A stretch of DNA of 63,078 bases, the filler included, from Reclinomonas americana ATCC 50394 (lineage: Eukaryota): the NCBI GenBank assembly GCA_048213135.1. It is 18 parts of 18 records of this genome, joined end to end, with 100 filler letters (N's around TTAATTAATTAA, not from the genome) between each part and the next. Parts side by side here need not be neighbours in the genome. Positions count along the whole stretch, not along the records: positions 1 to 3,360 come from AFZH01021181.1; positions 3,461 to 5,185 come from AFZH01021182.1; positions 5,286 to 9,221 come from AFZH01021183.1; positions 9,322 to 13,744 come from AFZH01021184.1; 14 more parts are not named here. One strand, given 5' to 3'. Below the pieces are notes generated by a model. That model did no database searches and was not told where the DNA came from. It saw only the letters and a program-made list of their open reading frames with translations. A program made the translations under genes and the position numbers. The first letter of the stretch is position 1. Each line of letters begins with the position of its first letter. Of this stretch, positions 1 to 13,026 are shown in pieces.

Positions 1-183
1 ATGCGTTTCTCACCCCCGCCTTTCCCCCTCGTGAATCACTAGCAGGCGAGGCAGGGAGAGGAGAGAGAGAGAGAAAAAGAGGGAGGAGAGGAGAAGTGCT
101 CACCGGCAGAAGCATGATGAGGAGATGGAAATTTCCGTCGCTGTACATGTTCCCGCGCACGGCCATCGCAAACTCGCACTTTA

Positions 184-3117
184 ATGCGTGCCACCATCGT
201 CAGCACGCTTTGCATTCTCCTCGTGGCATGTGTCGTCGCTTCCTCTGCACACGACGAAGACAACACGATAGACGTGCAGCTGTCTGTCCGCGGTCGCGAA
301 CAGCCTCTGGTGATCCGCGTGCCTTTGTCTCTCCTCCACACTGCCGCCGACAACAACAGCGACGATGGAGGCTTGAGGGAGGCAGCGCGAGAGGCCATTG
401 CGCCCGCCGCGCAGCACTTTGTGCGAGAGAATGGACTGGCGGCGGCGGGTGCGAGTGAAGAGGCTGCTGCTGCTGTGGAGGCGGTGATTGCCGCAGTGTT
501 GCCTGTGTGGTTGCAGCAGCATGCGCTGCGCCAGTCTCCGTCGGGTGCCTCCTCCACTGTTGGCAGCGACAGCGACAATGGCAGTGATGAGACACGTGTC
601 GACGGCAATGCGCTGCAGTTCACGGTGTGCGCGTGAGACTGTGTGTGTGTGTGTGGCGTCGCTGTTGTCGTGTGGTCTTGTGACTCACGCTGTGCGTTAC
701 TCGTCGCAGCGTGCGTCGGTGCGCACCATTGCGGTGAGCGCAGGGGACGAAGCCTTGCTTGTGTGGCGATTTCCATGCTGATCCGCTGTGTGTCGCGAGC
801 AGGGTATGGCACTGCATCGTGCCATGGTGGACGTGACTGTGCCGTTGACAGTGGGCGAGGAGCAGGTGACGATGGTCGTGCGGCGCGGTCAGCGCGTTGC
901 CGCGGCAGTCACAGAGTTTCTCGATTCTCGTGAGTATGAACCCGACATGCGCAGCCATCTCTACGATGCCATGGTGATGGCTGTTGGTCCCTCTGTTACC
1001 GTCACCAACGCTCAGGTGCTCGCCCGTGTTGTCTCCGCTGCTGTTCGGCGTCTGCATGTTTGTTTACGACGAGCTTCTGCAGATGCGCATTCGTTTGGAC
1101 TCGGAGTCTCGCGAGTCGCGCACCAAGCTGATGACGGCGAAGGTTTGTGTGCGTGTTGCTTTCATGTCCCACATAGCAACGCCGGTCGCTTATCCTTTTC
1201 GACGGTGACTTGCAATATAGTCATTGGCGAGCCTGGTTGATGGCGACACGGATACTGTGCACGCAAACTGCGTGGCGTCGAGCGTGTGCGTTGACGGTGC
1301 AACGGTGCGCACGTGTGGAGAGGTGTTTCGATGTGATTCTCTCTTTTTGGTGCTCAGTATGCCTGTGCAGGTGCATGAGGACGCATTCACTGCCGAGATG
1401 AAGCACGGCCCGTGGATTCTCTTCCTGTTGCGTCAGCATTGTCGTTGCGGTCACACACTGCTGTTGCTGACTTTTCTCGGCACAGTTCCAGCGACTCGCC
1501 CCAGTGCAAGGTTTGCAGTGCTGCGGTGCTGTTCCTCACCAGCATGTCTTTTTCAGGGTTTCTGCTGCAGAACTGTGCGATTCTGGATCGAGCTCTGTTC
1601 GACGTGCAAGTGCCCTCAGTTGTGCGCGTCGCCCGCATCAACTGCCCGCAACACCTTGGTTCGTCTGAGTCCGCACATCCGTCGTGGTGTACTGGTTATG
1701 CTCATGTTGACCAACAGCGCTGTGCCGCACGTTTACCTCGCACTCGGTCCCCGTCCTCGTGTGGTCCGGAGCCCACATCGCCGTGACCGTTCATTCCCTG
1801 TCGTGCACCTGATGCCTACGTTTTGCGTTCTTTTTTTCTGCAGGCGTGTTGAGGGAGCATCAAAAATCAGCACTGCCGGCGTCGGCGCATCGTCACCACA
1901 GCTCGCTGCTGAACAGATCTCCAACTTTGTGCACTCGCAGTTTGATAAGATGTTGCGTCGATGGCTGCTCGGGTGACTGCCATTCTCCTTGCACGTGCTT
2001 GAGACTCAATCGTTGGCAAACTGCTGCAGCAATCCTCTTCAACTTTCCGCCGAGGACGCGTCGTCGTGGTCACCTTGGCTCTCTGGGCCCCTCGTCGTTC
2101 TGGCAGTAGGCGAAGAGATGCCCTCGATTGCCCAAGTGTGGAATGACCCCTCCATGGTACTGTCGTTTCACATGCCTGCCATCCAGTGCCGTTTTCTCAC
2201 AGCGCGGTGTGCAGACGACGTTTGCCGCTGTTGCCGGGAACCCAAAGTTGAACGACTTGACATTCGCCTTTGTTCCGTCACTTGCTGCCATCAGCTCGCT
2301 TGGTGGAGGCACCGAGCCGGAGTGCGCTTCGCCCTCCACAGGCCCTCTCGTGGCTGTTGTTAATGTCGACGGAGTCCATGTGTTTTGCGCCGCCGGTGCC
2401 ACATTGCGCGACCAGGTACGGCAAGCAGGAGAGGGCGTTGTGACGCAGTTGAGTTGACGATTGTGTGCAGGTGGAACTCGTTCGCTGGCTCGAAAGCGTC
2501 GGCAGAATACGAGTTCGTCGCCACGCTGTCGATTCTCAGAGTGAACGATGTCGTGCGCTAATTGTCGTGTCACCTGTGCAGGGTCTGGTCCTCAACTCGC
2601 TTTCCGCCTCTCGGCTGCGTCTGCGCGAGTCAAGTTGAGCTCAGCGCCATTTCGTTGTCATTTCATTCGTACCCTGAAATCTTGCTTGTGCACAGAGGCA
2701 TTAGTAGTTGGTGTTGTTCTCCCGGCGAGTGCCGGACCAGTGACCGAAGTCGCCGAGCTGCGGTGAGTGATCTCTCGTGCGGCGAATCCACAGCGCTGCT
2801 CACGTGCTGTTGCGCAGCGTGTGGGACGAGCTGCAAGCTGCAGTTGCTGCGCACCCGCACGCTATTGTGTTCATCGCGTCTCGCTCCGCCGATGTCGACT
2901 CGGTTGCGTTTGTGGTCATCGTGTCACGGCAGTTTTTCTCCCCCTTAACGCCACTCTACAGTGGTTCGCGTCGGCACTAAAGGCTCCACTTCCGACTCCA
3001 GAGAGCGACGGCGAGGCGCCGGATCTGCTGGTGCGCTTCAGGCGCGGTGTGGCGATGCAGTGGAGCTGGAGAAGTCCTCAACAAAGTCTGAGCGAATTTG
3101 CGCAGGACAATTATTAA
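184..3117 (+). CDS. Multi-exon hypothetical secreted/membrane protein (N-terminal signal peptide); may be more than one gene
   Basis: ATG184 MRATIVSTLCILLVACVVASSA is a typical signal peptide. A chain of short GT-AG introns links in-frame exons; the last exon ends FAQDNY-TAA at 3117. No family recognised. Confidence 0.4.
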
Positions 3118-3146
3118 ACGTCATGATAATCCGACAGTTTGCTTCA

Positions 3147-5185
3147 ATGGGCGCGGTGAATGCTTCATCGTGTCGCCGCGACACGTCAGCGGCAGTGACG
3201 CCGGTTAGCGCGCGGCAGCCGGCGGGAAAAGCCGTTGGCGTGGGGGCGGCCAACACGGGTGGCGATGATCAGCGGAGAGCAAGTGTGATGAGCACTCCGA
3301 AAACAGCGTTTGCCTCGTCGCCCACTCGTCGTTGCGTATGCTCTCTTGATTGTGGCACACNNNNNNNNNNNNNNNNNNNNNNNNNNNNNNNNNNNNNNNN
3401 NNNNTTAATTAATTAANNNNNNNNNNNNNNNNNNNNNNNNNNNNNNNNNNNNNNNNNNNNGGCATGCCGTGCGATTGCTTTCGTGCTGAGCGAGGACTCT
3501 CATCGCGCCGCGCAGAGACATGTCTGTCGCCAGTCTCGGGAGGCAAAAGAGCATTATGCACATGCCTCGGCAACTGGCACCGTCGTCGAAGACCAATCTC
3601 GCTGCCACGGACCAGGCATGGCAGGCGTTTAAGAAGCAGACAGGGTTCGGCTGATGCCTTCTACGTCGTCACTGCTGCCAGTTCATGCCTCATTTTTTTG
3701 TGATTGGGGATTGTCGCACACCAGAGTCGACGAGGACGCTCCCGGTCTGCAAGGCGAGGCTGTGTCAGCGTACCTCACGTCAACGTCGGCGAATGCGGAG
3801 CACATGCTGGAGAGCTCGCTTCCACTCGCTGCCGTGCGCAGCCTGCGGAACATGAAGAGTGCACTCCAGGCCTCTTCCATTCGTCTGAGCGCTGGGCCAT
3901 CTGCTGCGCTGTCTCCGGAGGGGCGGGTGAGTGCCGAGAAGGATACCGTATTGGTGGGTCGTTGGTGAATAATGTGCTCATTTTGCGTCCCTGCAGGGAC
4001 CTGTGCCAACCTCCGGTCGCTCGTCACACTCTGGCTCCCCCATTGTTCAGCGACCCAGCCTGCAAACGAACTCCTCTAATTCATACACACTCATGCCAAA
4101 CGTCGAGTCGGAGTACTTGAGTGTGGGGCACAGTTCAGCTTCGGAGCTGGAGGATGTTGATCCTGCACGTCAGCAGTCTGGTGGTATTGATTCCTCCGAC
4201 ACGAAGAGTTCGGGTGGTCAGGGACTGCTATCGCGCTCTCGGTCGGGTGGTCGCCGAATGCACAACGAGACCGGCAGCGAGCTCGACGATGATCTATACA
4301 CTGATGTTGCGTGTTGATGATGTGTTCAGTCGCTGCTCTTTGCCCTCCCCTCCCTCACTTAACAGTTTGGTCACACGGCGCAGGAAGGTGCTGATTTGCC
4401 AGAGGTCGTCAACTGGACCAAGGGAGTTTTGTACCTGCGCTCTCGTTCAACAGTCGCCGCTGCGAGTAGTTCTCACGTCTTCTCTGTTACAATGTGCAGA
4501 ACATGATTGGGCAGGGTAGTTTTGGTGCCGTATTCATGGGTCTCAACCATTTCCGGGGCGAGTTGCTCGCCGTCAAGGAGTTCCGCATCCAGGGCACCAG
4601 CGAGATGATTATCGAGCAAGTGACCCAGTTGCAGCGAGAAATCTCCATCTTGCAGCAGATCCGTCATCCCAATGTTGTCGGGTACCGCGGTTCGGAGCGT
4701 GAAGGCAACGTTTTGCGTGTGTTTCTGGAGTTCATCGCTGGTCAGTGCTTCCTGTGTTGTCATCCCGGTTTTTGCGACATCTCGTGCGTGCGTTTGTGTG
4801 TGACACTTGTCCACTCATCAGGTGGTTCTCTGTCGTCGCTGATTAAGCAATTCGGTCCGCTGCCAGAGGAAGTCATCCAGCAGTTGAGTCTGTCAAGCTC
4901 ATTGTACTTTGTCCACGTGCTCATCTTGCTTACTTGCACACCGTCACAGCTACACAAGACAGCTGTTGCAGGGTCTGGCATACCTGCACGAAAGACGGAT
5001 CGTGCACCGTGATGTGAAGGGGGCCAATATTCTCATTGACCAAGACGGCACGTGCAAACTGGCCGACTTTGGAGCGTCGCAACAAATCAAGGGCATTGCA
5101 ACCATGCTGGGTGGTCTGCGATCCTTCAAGGGCACTGTGCGTCACTGTGCCGTTTATATGCTCTCCAGCTGCTCGTTTGGTCACA
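3147..5185 (+). CDS. STE11/MEKK-type MAP kinase kinase kinase (3' end in gap; start uncertain)
   Basis: Spliced exons give [84 protein letters not shown]. Introns 4306-4365, 4426-4499 and 4883-4949 restore the frame. Ser-rich N-terminal region. Confidence 0.85.
3361..3460. other. Artificial scaffold linker (first of 17; others start at 5186, 9222, 13745, 16005, 19305, 21223, 22873, 24294, 27679, 29474, 31573, 34202, 48644, 50631, 56767, 58575)
   Basis: Identical N44-TTAATTAATTAA-N44 blocks with stops in all six frames. True gaps are larger, since hundreds of codons of DDB1 and allantoinase are missing. Confidence 0.97.
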
Positions 5186-5332
5186 NNNNNNNNNNNNNNN
5201 NNNNNNNNNNNNNNNNNNNNNNNNNNNNNTTAATTAATTAANNNNNNNNNNNNNNNNNNNNNNNNNNNNNNNNNNNNNNNNNNNNCCGTCTTACACTGTA
5301 CGCGCAGGACACTACCTGTCTTTCTTACGTAG

Positions 5333-6757
5333 ATGCTGTGGGGTTGTGGCTTTCGTCGCACTGGGCTGATGTCATCGAGCGACGACGACGAAGGCGGTCT
5401 GCTTCCGTTGCCATGGCCCAGCATTCCAGCAGGAGCCGCAGTGACCAGCGTCGCCTGCAACGCGTTCTCCATGCTGACCGTTGCCACCGATGACGATGCT
5501 CAGCAGTGCGTCTCGTGGATCGCTCCCGGCGGTCATCGTGCACCACCTGTTGCCACCACTGTCGGTGTGCGAAAGGTGGCGCTCGGGCCTTCGCATGTGG
5601 TTGCACTCATGAGTACGTCGCACGGGCGTTGCAGTTGGCCTCGTCGCATCGCCAGTGCGATCTCATACGCGTGCGTTCGTGGTAGGTGACGGACAGGCGT
5701 TTGAGTGGCGAGTGGAGCTTCCGATCGCCGGCGGCGATGGTGTCGCTGGATTCGATCCGCATGTGCCTCCGGCAAGTGCGGAACCAGTGGTTGGCGATGG
5801 CCTGATCGACGTGGCTGCGGCGCCCGGCTGCATCTCGGTGCTGCTGAGCAAGGAGGGAAAGCTGTTTGTCAGCACGACCTTGCGCGGTGCGAGCGAGGCT
5901 GCCGCGTACTGCGCGCTGGAGGGCACACATCAGTCGGCAGACGGTGTCTGGACTCGGTGCGCTGCTGGTCCGGGGCACCACTGCGCCGTGTGGTCGTCTG
6001 AGGGAGCGTTTGGTCTGTGGATGTGGGGCCTGAACCACTACGGACAAGTTCCGTGTATATCCTGTTCGTAGCTCTCTCGATTGGCTGCTGACTTGTCCTC
6101 GTGCGCAGCTGGGTGTCGAGTATGCAGACGCCGCCAGTGGTGTTTCGCGACCGGTGCTGGTGGAGGCGCTTGATGGTCTGCAAATTGTCGACTGTGCCCT
6201 CGGCCTCTTTCACACGGTTGTTGCGTACGCATGCGTGCAGAGAATCAGTGTCACACGCACCCTGACCTTATCTCGCCTCGCACAGGTGCTGACGGCGCAC
6301 GGTGATGTGTACGTGTTTGGTGGCTCGCACAACGGACAGCTGGGCATCGCGTCTGCGCACTCGGTGCTGCAGCCGACTCTCCTCGACTGCTTCGGTGGCG
6401 AACTCGACAGCGAGGTTGTGTCGGTGGCGGCCGGTCATCGCCACACGGCGTTTCTGACGCGCGACGGCACGCTGTTCACGTGCGGTTGCAACCAGTTGGG
6501 CCAGTGTGGAATACCGCACTCTGCCGAAACCGCCACCACGGACGATGCATCGGAGGCCAAGGCAGCGCACGCGGGGTTGGCCGTGCAGCACGATGTGCTG
6601 CTGCCACACCAGGTCGAGCTCCGTCGTCGCAGACCGCTCGGCATGTCGCCCGCCAGCGTAGCATGTGGACCCTTCAACACGTTTCTGGTGTTTGCTCGAA
6701 CACACCAGCAACAGCGACCGGCGCATGTTTCACGTTCTGCCGGTACATTCATTTTCC

Positions 6758-6796
<39 letters not shown>

Positions 6797-6863
6797 GTGC
6801 GCGTTGGTTGGCATTCTCATTCTGCGTGGCGCGATGCGATTCGCGACTCCCGCAGGTGAATAA
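5333..6863 (+). CDS. RCC1-repeat (beta-propeller) protein
   Basis: Repeated RCC1 motifs: VALGPSHVVAL, WGLNHYGQLG, CALGLFHTVV, VFGGSHNGQLG, VAAGHRHTAFLTRDGTLFTCGCNQLGQCG, VACGPFNT. Terminal exon 6856-6863 is inferred. Confidence 0.8.
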
Positions 6864-7779
6864 TGTCGGCCAGATCTCGACTGAGTCGTGCCAGCGCCGC
6901 CCAGTCCTCGCGTGTACGTGCTACATCGCGCTCCGCCTCCAGTCTGCCAATCTCCGACCGCAAGGCTTCCAGACCCATGTCGGCCCACCGTGCCAAGCCC
7001 ATGCCCTGCTCCGCCGGTACCACAGGCCGTGCAATGGACGCCTGGTGACCGGTCCAGTACTCCACGCTGCGATCGTAGGTCAAAAGGTGGACCACGCGGC
7101 GTCGCAGCCCGAGACAGTCGAGACACCACATGAGCCAGTTGCGCACGTCGGGCAACTTGGCCGGCGCAGATCCACTGCCACCTGAGCCAGCCGGCGCAGG
7201 TGGAAGTCCACTACCCCCAGGCCCAAACACTTTCTGCGGCTTCTCCGGTGCCTCCTGCCGCACCCTGCACCGACGCACACAAGTCACAATCAATGAAGAA
7301 AATGATGATTCGAATGCATGCACACACACACACACATACACACACCGCAATCGCACTGGACGCTCATGCTGGCTCTGATCACGCTGCGGCCCCGCCACTC
7401 GCATGGTGGTCTCTACTGGTGGGAACTCGCCCGCGCCAAACAGTCTGCGCGGTCGACTGCTCGACGAGGGCGCCGACGATGCATCACTCAAGTCAAGACC
7501 CACTCCCGCACCCACACCACCAGCACTCGCCACCAGAAGCGACGAGGATCCACGTCCACTGCCACCGGCGGCGGCAGCACTGGCAGCAGTGGTGGTAGTC
7601 GTGGTAGTGGTGGTGGTGGTGGTGTTGGCGTTTACTGCGTGTGCGGCGCGGTCAGCGGCGGCCGTCATGAGCGAGGCCGAGCCAGGCGACACAGAGGCCG
7701 GACGCAGGCGGTGGCGCCACACACTGCTGGGGGTCACTGGATCACTGCGACCGGCAATCACATCGAAGGCGTCTTGCAT
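6817..7779 (-). CDS. Hypothetical protein, low-complexity N-terminus and C-terminal coiled coil
   Basis: Long ORF starting about 50 bp after the HDAC11 stop. It contains an intron-like (GT)n tract at ~7260-7345; C-terminus ALRSEIGRLEAERDVAR...LSRDLADII is helical. Confidence 0.45.
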   Translation of the reverse strand: MQDAFDVIAGRSDPVTPSSVWRHRLRPASVSPGSASLMTAAADRAAHAVNANTTTTTTTTTTTTAASAAAAGGSGRGSSSLLVASAGGVGAGVGLDLSDASSAPSSSSRPRRLFGAGEFPPVETTMRVAGPQRDQSQHERPVRLRCVYVCVCVHAFESSFSSLIVTCVRRCRVRQEAPEKPQKVFGPGGSGLPPAPAGSGGSGSAPAKLPDVRNWLMWCLDCLGLRRRVVHLLTYDRSVEYWTGHQASIARPVVPAEQGMGLARWADMGLEALRSEIGRLEAERDVARTREDWAALARLSRDLADIIHLRESRIASRHAE

Positions 7780-7829
7780 GATGACGGATAATGCTTGTGT
7801 TCTCAGGTCGCTTCACTCGTCCGACGGAC

Positions 7830-9221
7830 TCATCGAGGGTGGCTGCCGCTCTGCAACTGCTCACTGCCTGTACTCTCCGTGTCCACATCGTCCACGGCAA
7901 ACACGGCCACTGGCTCTGGAGAATGGCGACCGTGCTCTGCCGCCGCGGCGTCAACGGCGGCGCCAGCTTCCTCGAGCCGAAACGTGTGCACGAGGTTGAC
8001 GATCGAGTCTGCAATCAGCTGTGCTGTTTCGCGCTGGTAGCCGCCAGAAAGCACCTTTAATGTGGTCATGTAGTATGCGCGCGCAAACGATCAGTGCACG
8101 CTGCGCTGCGCCACCCACACAGCACGTGCCCACGTACCATGACGATCGGCAAGCGACGCTCAAAGGCAAGTCGAAAAACAAGCTCGTCTCGTTGGATGAC
8201 TCCCTCGTGCGATATCGACATGCTGCCGAGAGGATCGCCAACAAGAATATCTTCGACAAGAGAGAGGGGTGAGAAGCAACATGAACGGCGCAGCGCCGCG
8301 GTACTGGATGTACCTGTACCAGCGTTGTACAAGATGAAATCCGGCTCAAAGGCGTTGACGGCCAGCACCAACTCGGTCTGCACGCGCTCCAGGTACTCTT
8401 GCGTCTCCATGCGGCCGGTGCACAACAGCATTCGATCACAACCGCGGCGAGCTACGTGATCCGCTGGGTAGATCTGCGCAAGTGCAAAAGGTATGATGAA
8501 AATAAGCATGCACAGCATTGTTGCAGACACGACAGTAGTACCTGGTGGTTGAAAGCGTCAAACACGTAGACGGCATTCTGTGGCGCCAGTGTCTCGTGTC
8601 ATCACACTACGATCGCGAGCGGACAGAAGTGAACACCGATGACTAGACTTGCCTCCACTTCATCTCGCGCTGCCGGCTCATCCTGTAGTAGTCGGCGCTC
8701 CGTCGTCAGTTGTCTGCAGGTGGTCGAGAGACACAACTCGTAATCACCTGGTATTCGTCAGGTCGCACCACCATGAGCCCATCCATTCGATCTCTTTCGT
8801 GCCCGTTGCCCTGTGGCAGCACACACACACAGTGCTCAGCAGCACGTATAGAGCACGCCAAAAAAAGAAGCACACACACCTGATGGGCGTCCAGATCAAC
8901 AATCAACACGCGGTGCGCCAGCCGCTCCCTGCGCTTAGCCCGTCAGTGACAACAAACACCATCCGACAGCACCGATACATTAAGGAAGCACACCTCTGCA
9001 GCATGCGCACGGCCATGGTGATGTCGGCATACACACAGAAACCACCTCCGTGCGCAGACGACGCATGATGGAAGCCGCCACCAAGGTTGATTGCCCAGCC
9101 GCGCTCCACCGCGAGCCGGGAGGCCAGCAAGGTTCCTGACACGACCAGCGATTAGAGCAAGGACAGACAAGGCGGAAGGCACACAGTGACCCACCGTTGA
9201 CCTGCAGACGGAACGGGCGAA
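7830..9221 (-). CDS. HDAC11: Class IV histone deacetylase (5' part in gap)
   Basis: GTLLASRLAVERGWAINLGGGFHHAS..GGGFCVYADIT, IVDLDAHQ|GNGHERD, PDFILYNAGT|DILVGDPLG, RDELVF, VLSGGYQRETAQLIADSIVNL closely follow HDAC11. Confidence 0.9.
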
Positions 9222-9321
9222 NNNNNNNNNNNNNNNNNNNNNNNNNNNNNNNNNNNNNNNNNNNNTTAATTAATTAANNNNNNNNNNNNNNNNNNNNNNN
9301 NNNNNNNNNNNNNNNNNNNNN

Positions 9322-9404
<83 letters not shown>

Positions 9405-9430
9405 ACGCACACGCACACGCACACACACAC
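9322..9430. repeat. (CA)n microsatellite inside an intron at a contig end
   Basis: Direct CA dinucleotide run with CG interruptions. Confidence 0.9.
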
Positions 9431-10718
9431 CAGCAGCACATCCTCGTGAATCGCATCATCCAGACGCACAGACATCATCGGTGCGCTCTTCTTCTTCAAA
9501 TCACCCTACGAAAGAGCGCGCAGGCTATCAGCAACGCAGCGAGATGCCGACCGCAATGCTCGTCTTGTCGCACCTTGACAATGTGGAAGAACGACTGGCC
9601 CGTCGTGTCAATCACTTCGTTGTAGTAGATCTTGACTTGCTCCTCACTGAAGCGGTTCAGGTCGCGGTTGAGGTGAGCAAGCGCGTACTGATCGGCGTCG
9701 GTGACAATGAACATGCTGCGGCAGCCGTACGCAGCCGCCATCATGGTGAAGAATGAGGAGTATCCCTGCACAACAGGGTGAGCTGATGTTGTATGCAGCT
9801 CGCAGCACCACGACGATACGAAACTGCCACGTCCACCACCAGTGGCGGTGGCTGGTCTGCAGGCCGCGATGCGCGACAGTGCTTACTCAGCACGCGATGA
9901 AACACGGCCGTCTCGAGCACGCCAGGAATACCGCTGCCGCGAACACACTGCCGGAGGACGGTAAGTGCAATGCTCCACGGGGAGAGCAGCGTTCATGATC
10001 GGCACCTGCGCAAAAACGTCTGGCTCCTCCCGGAGAGCCAGGAGAAACGAAGGCGAGGTGTTGCTTTGTCGCAGAACAATGGCCGGATCCTGTGCAACAT
10101 GGGGGTGGGGTTACTAAACAGTGCAGAAAATACAACCAGACAGACAGCACCATCCAGTTCAGCGTCAGCGGATCCCACGACCGCGTGTCCACTCCACTCG
10201 CCAAGACCGACTGACGGCGCTGCTGCTCTTGCTGGTGTCACACATGGTCAGAAACGACAGACGCAGGTCGGTCGTCGCACAGCAGCTCACCTCCAATTTG
10301 TCGAGCAGTGGCGCCAGGTACTTCCACAACACACGTTCCACGACCTTTGACTGCACTGTCTCGCGCACCACATCGCGGTTCTCCAGCACGTGCCGCGCTT
10401 GCGTGATCAACTGCATCGCATTCATCAGTGTCGCGTGCGTGCAACAAGGTTTGTGATGTGCACAGATATGACCTTCTCTGCCAAGGCATCGACCAGCGGC
10501 TGCATGCGATTCACTGGCCACCCATGCGACAGGGCGAGATCGTGGAGAACTGCACCGACGGGAGTGGTCGGCAACACCGCATGTGGTGTTGTCTCTGCAC
10601 AGGGTGTGGGTTGACTCAGTCGGCACACGCAGAGAGAGCCATGATGGGGAAACACACCTGCGACTGCCGAAGCACCGATGCACACCAGCAGCAGGAGGAG
10701 GAGAAACACGCCGCGCAT
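9431..10718 (-). CDS. Signal-peptide-bearing FkbM-like (Methyltransf_21) SAM-dependent methyltransferase (3' end in gap)
   Basis: MRGVFLLLLLLVCIGASAVAG signal peptide. Spliced LVVDVA|GYSSFFTMMAAAYGC resembles the FkbM motif I region, and SVRLDDAIHEDVLL resembles the LDD..LLKID region. Confidence 0.55.
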
Positions 10719-11281
10719 GGATGTGAGAGAAGTGCACGCAGCGCACAAAATGGCGGGAAAGAAGGGGCAATGCCCCACAGCCCGCCTGTTTTGTGCGTTT
10801 CCACCATCAATATCGAACGGTGAGCGCTTGACGCGACCGCGCAATGCGCGATCAACGGAGGCACTGCAGAGCGCACAAGAGCTAGTGCTCCGCACACGCC
10901 TGCAGCGCAGCGATGTGCATGCATGCGGAAAAATTATTGTCTGCACGTCAGCAGCGCGTGCACGTGCAAGTGCGCGCGTGCGACCGCGGATGTCGCACAG
11001 GGAGAGATCGAGTGCATGCTGCATCGATGAGTGGCTTGTGTGGATGCGACAGGGGAGAGCTGCAAAAAAAAAAAAGAATCTTGCCGCCATTATCCGTTTT
11101 CGTCGTCCGGTGCAACACTCCCAACGCCACTTGCCTTGCGCTCGGAGCGCCACGATGTCCAAATCAAATATATCTGGTTGCTTTTCTTTTATTCGTTGAT
11201 GGTGAGAGCACGCAACACCACCATCTTCTCACGAGAGAGAGAGAGAGAGACAACACATGCACATCACTGCGTAGAGAGCAA

Positions 11282-12810
11282 ATGCACGAAGCACTGCTCG
11301 ACTGTCTGTTTTGTGCCTCTGCGCGTGTCTCATTCTCTCGCTCTCTCTCTCTCCCGTGTCTCCACAGGATCCCTTGACTCATTTGGCTCTGACGAACCAG
11401 GAGGCGGCTGCTGGTAACGCCGCCGGCACCGTCCCACCACCACGCAACACGATCGTCACTCCACTTCCGGTGGCCAGCGATCAAGACCAACCAGCCGCGG
11501 TGCAGGAGCGAGTCGAACGTTGCGTACATGTACCGCCTGTGCTCTCGCTCTCCTCCCTATTTGTTTGCTTCGAGTCTCACAAGTGCACGCGGAATCTTGC
11601 AGCCGAGCCGTCCCCGCGGACTGCAATCTCCTACCGTCTGGCTCAGATCACGCTGTTCTCCGCTGAGGATGGGCAGCAGCTATCTAGCGTCAGGGTGATG
11701 GACGAAGACGCCACCGCAAACATTGCCGGTGACCGCGTGCCCGCAGCGACCACGAGTTACGCATGTTGTTGTTGTATTTTTTCTCGCCAACTGCACCTTC
11801 TAAATCTGGAGGATCTCATTTCTCCGCTAGGGTTCTTGGGCGTGCCTGAAGCGTTGTTCATCACCACGCCTGGCCGCGTGAGTCGTCGACATGCCACTGC
11901 GCCGCCAGCTGTGCTCCCGCCGCCACCGCCACCGCCACCGGCGCCGGCTGTATTGGTGTCGGCGCCCCATTACCGTGCACATGTCCGCGGGCCAGCGCTG
12001 TGGCCTGCGCCAGCATCTACGCGTACACCGCCTCCTCAGCTGAACTTTATGCTTGGGCGACACTCGCCGTCGGCCTCGGCGCCGGCTGGACACGTTGAAA
12101 CCGTTCGCGAAGTGCAGCAGCGCGTTCGCCAAGTCGTCCGCCATTCCGCCGCAGCGTTGGAGACCATGAATCCCGCTCTCCTCCTCGACTCTGAGCCACG
12201 CGACAACAAGCGCGGACGCGGTCCGAGTGCCGAGGACGGTGAGGGCGACGGGAATTATGGACGCGGCCACGCCCATGTTGATGACGACGACGACGAGTGC
12301 GACAACAAGCGTCGCAAGGTCGTTCAGAGGCATCTGTTCTGTGGTGTCCACCGTGCCTCACAATGATGCTTTGTGCGCTGTAGATTCGAAACTGGCAAGG
12401 CCGAGCTCGCCAGCCCAGGTGTCCAACAACTTCCGCAACAACCGCACCTGCCTCGCCACTTTCGGACCCAGGCTCACAACCTCACCTTCTGTTGCCGTAC
12501 ACGGTGCCGCAGGGCACTGCAGTGGTGAGCTCGAGGCACATCCATTGTGTGTCCACATGCACGCCACACAGTGCTAACTGAGTGCGTGTTTGTGCGTTCC
12601 CCGCAGCATCTGATGGGTTTCGAATTCCCGTCTGCGACAGCCGGCCATGGCCATGTCCCCGGTTTCTTCAGCGAACCTGCCGACATGCAAGCTGCTGCTC
12701 CGTCTTTCGATTTCCACCTGCAGGCACCGGTTGGTGCCGCTGAGGCCGGCGATGGCCGTGAGTACGAACAGATGGACGCCGAGTCGGAGATCGACGACGA
12801 AGAGATCTGA
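11282..12810 (+). CDS. Hypothetical multi-exon Pro-rich protein with acidic C-terminus
   Basis: In-frame exons with GT-AG introns; a basic NLS-like stretch (NKRRKV); ends ESEIDDEEI-TGA. Confidence 0.4.
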
Positions 12811-13026
12811 CGAGGCTCATGCAGGATATTTGCTTTCATTTTTTATTGGTGTTGTGTTGTCTTCCGCCCTCCCTCCATTCTCTTCCCCACGTGGTCATGT
12901 TTTCCTCGCTCCTTCCACCGTCGATATGCTATTATGCGCGCTGCCGCCAATCTGTAATATGTGAAACGTCTCGGTGTGGATTTAATTGGATGGATGCACT
13001 CTCTCACACACACATAACACGAGCGC

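Noticed and set aside
3405..3416. Recurrent TTAATTAATTAA palindrome flanked by Ns
   Set aside because: Identical artificial linker giving six-frame stops; not biological.
7668..7999. Plus-strand LLGVTGS motif resembling PPC decarboxylase/HAL3 flavoproteins
   Set aside because: No further family motifs; the region is occupied by minus-strand genes.
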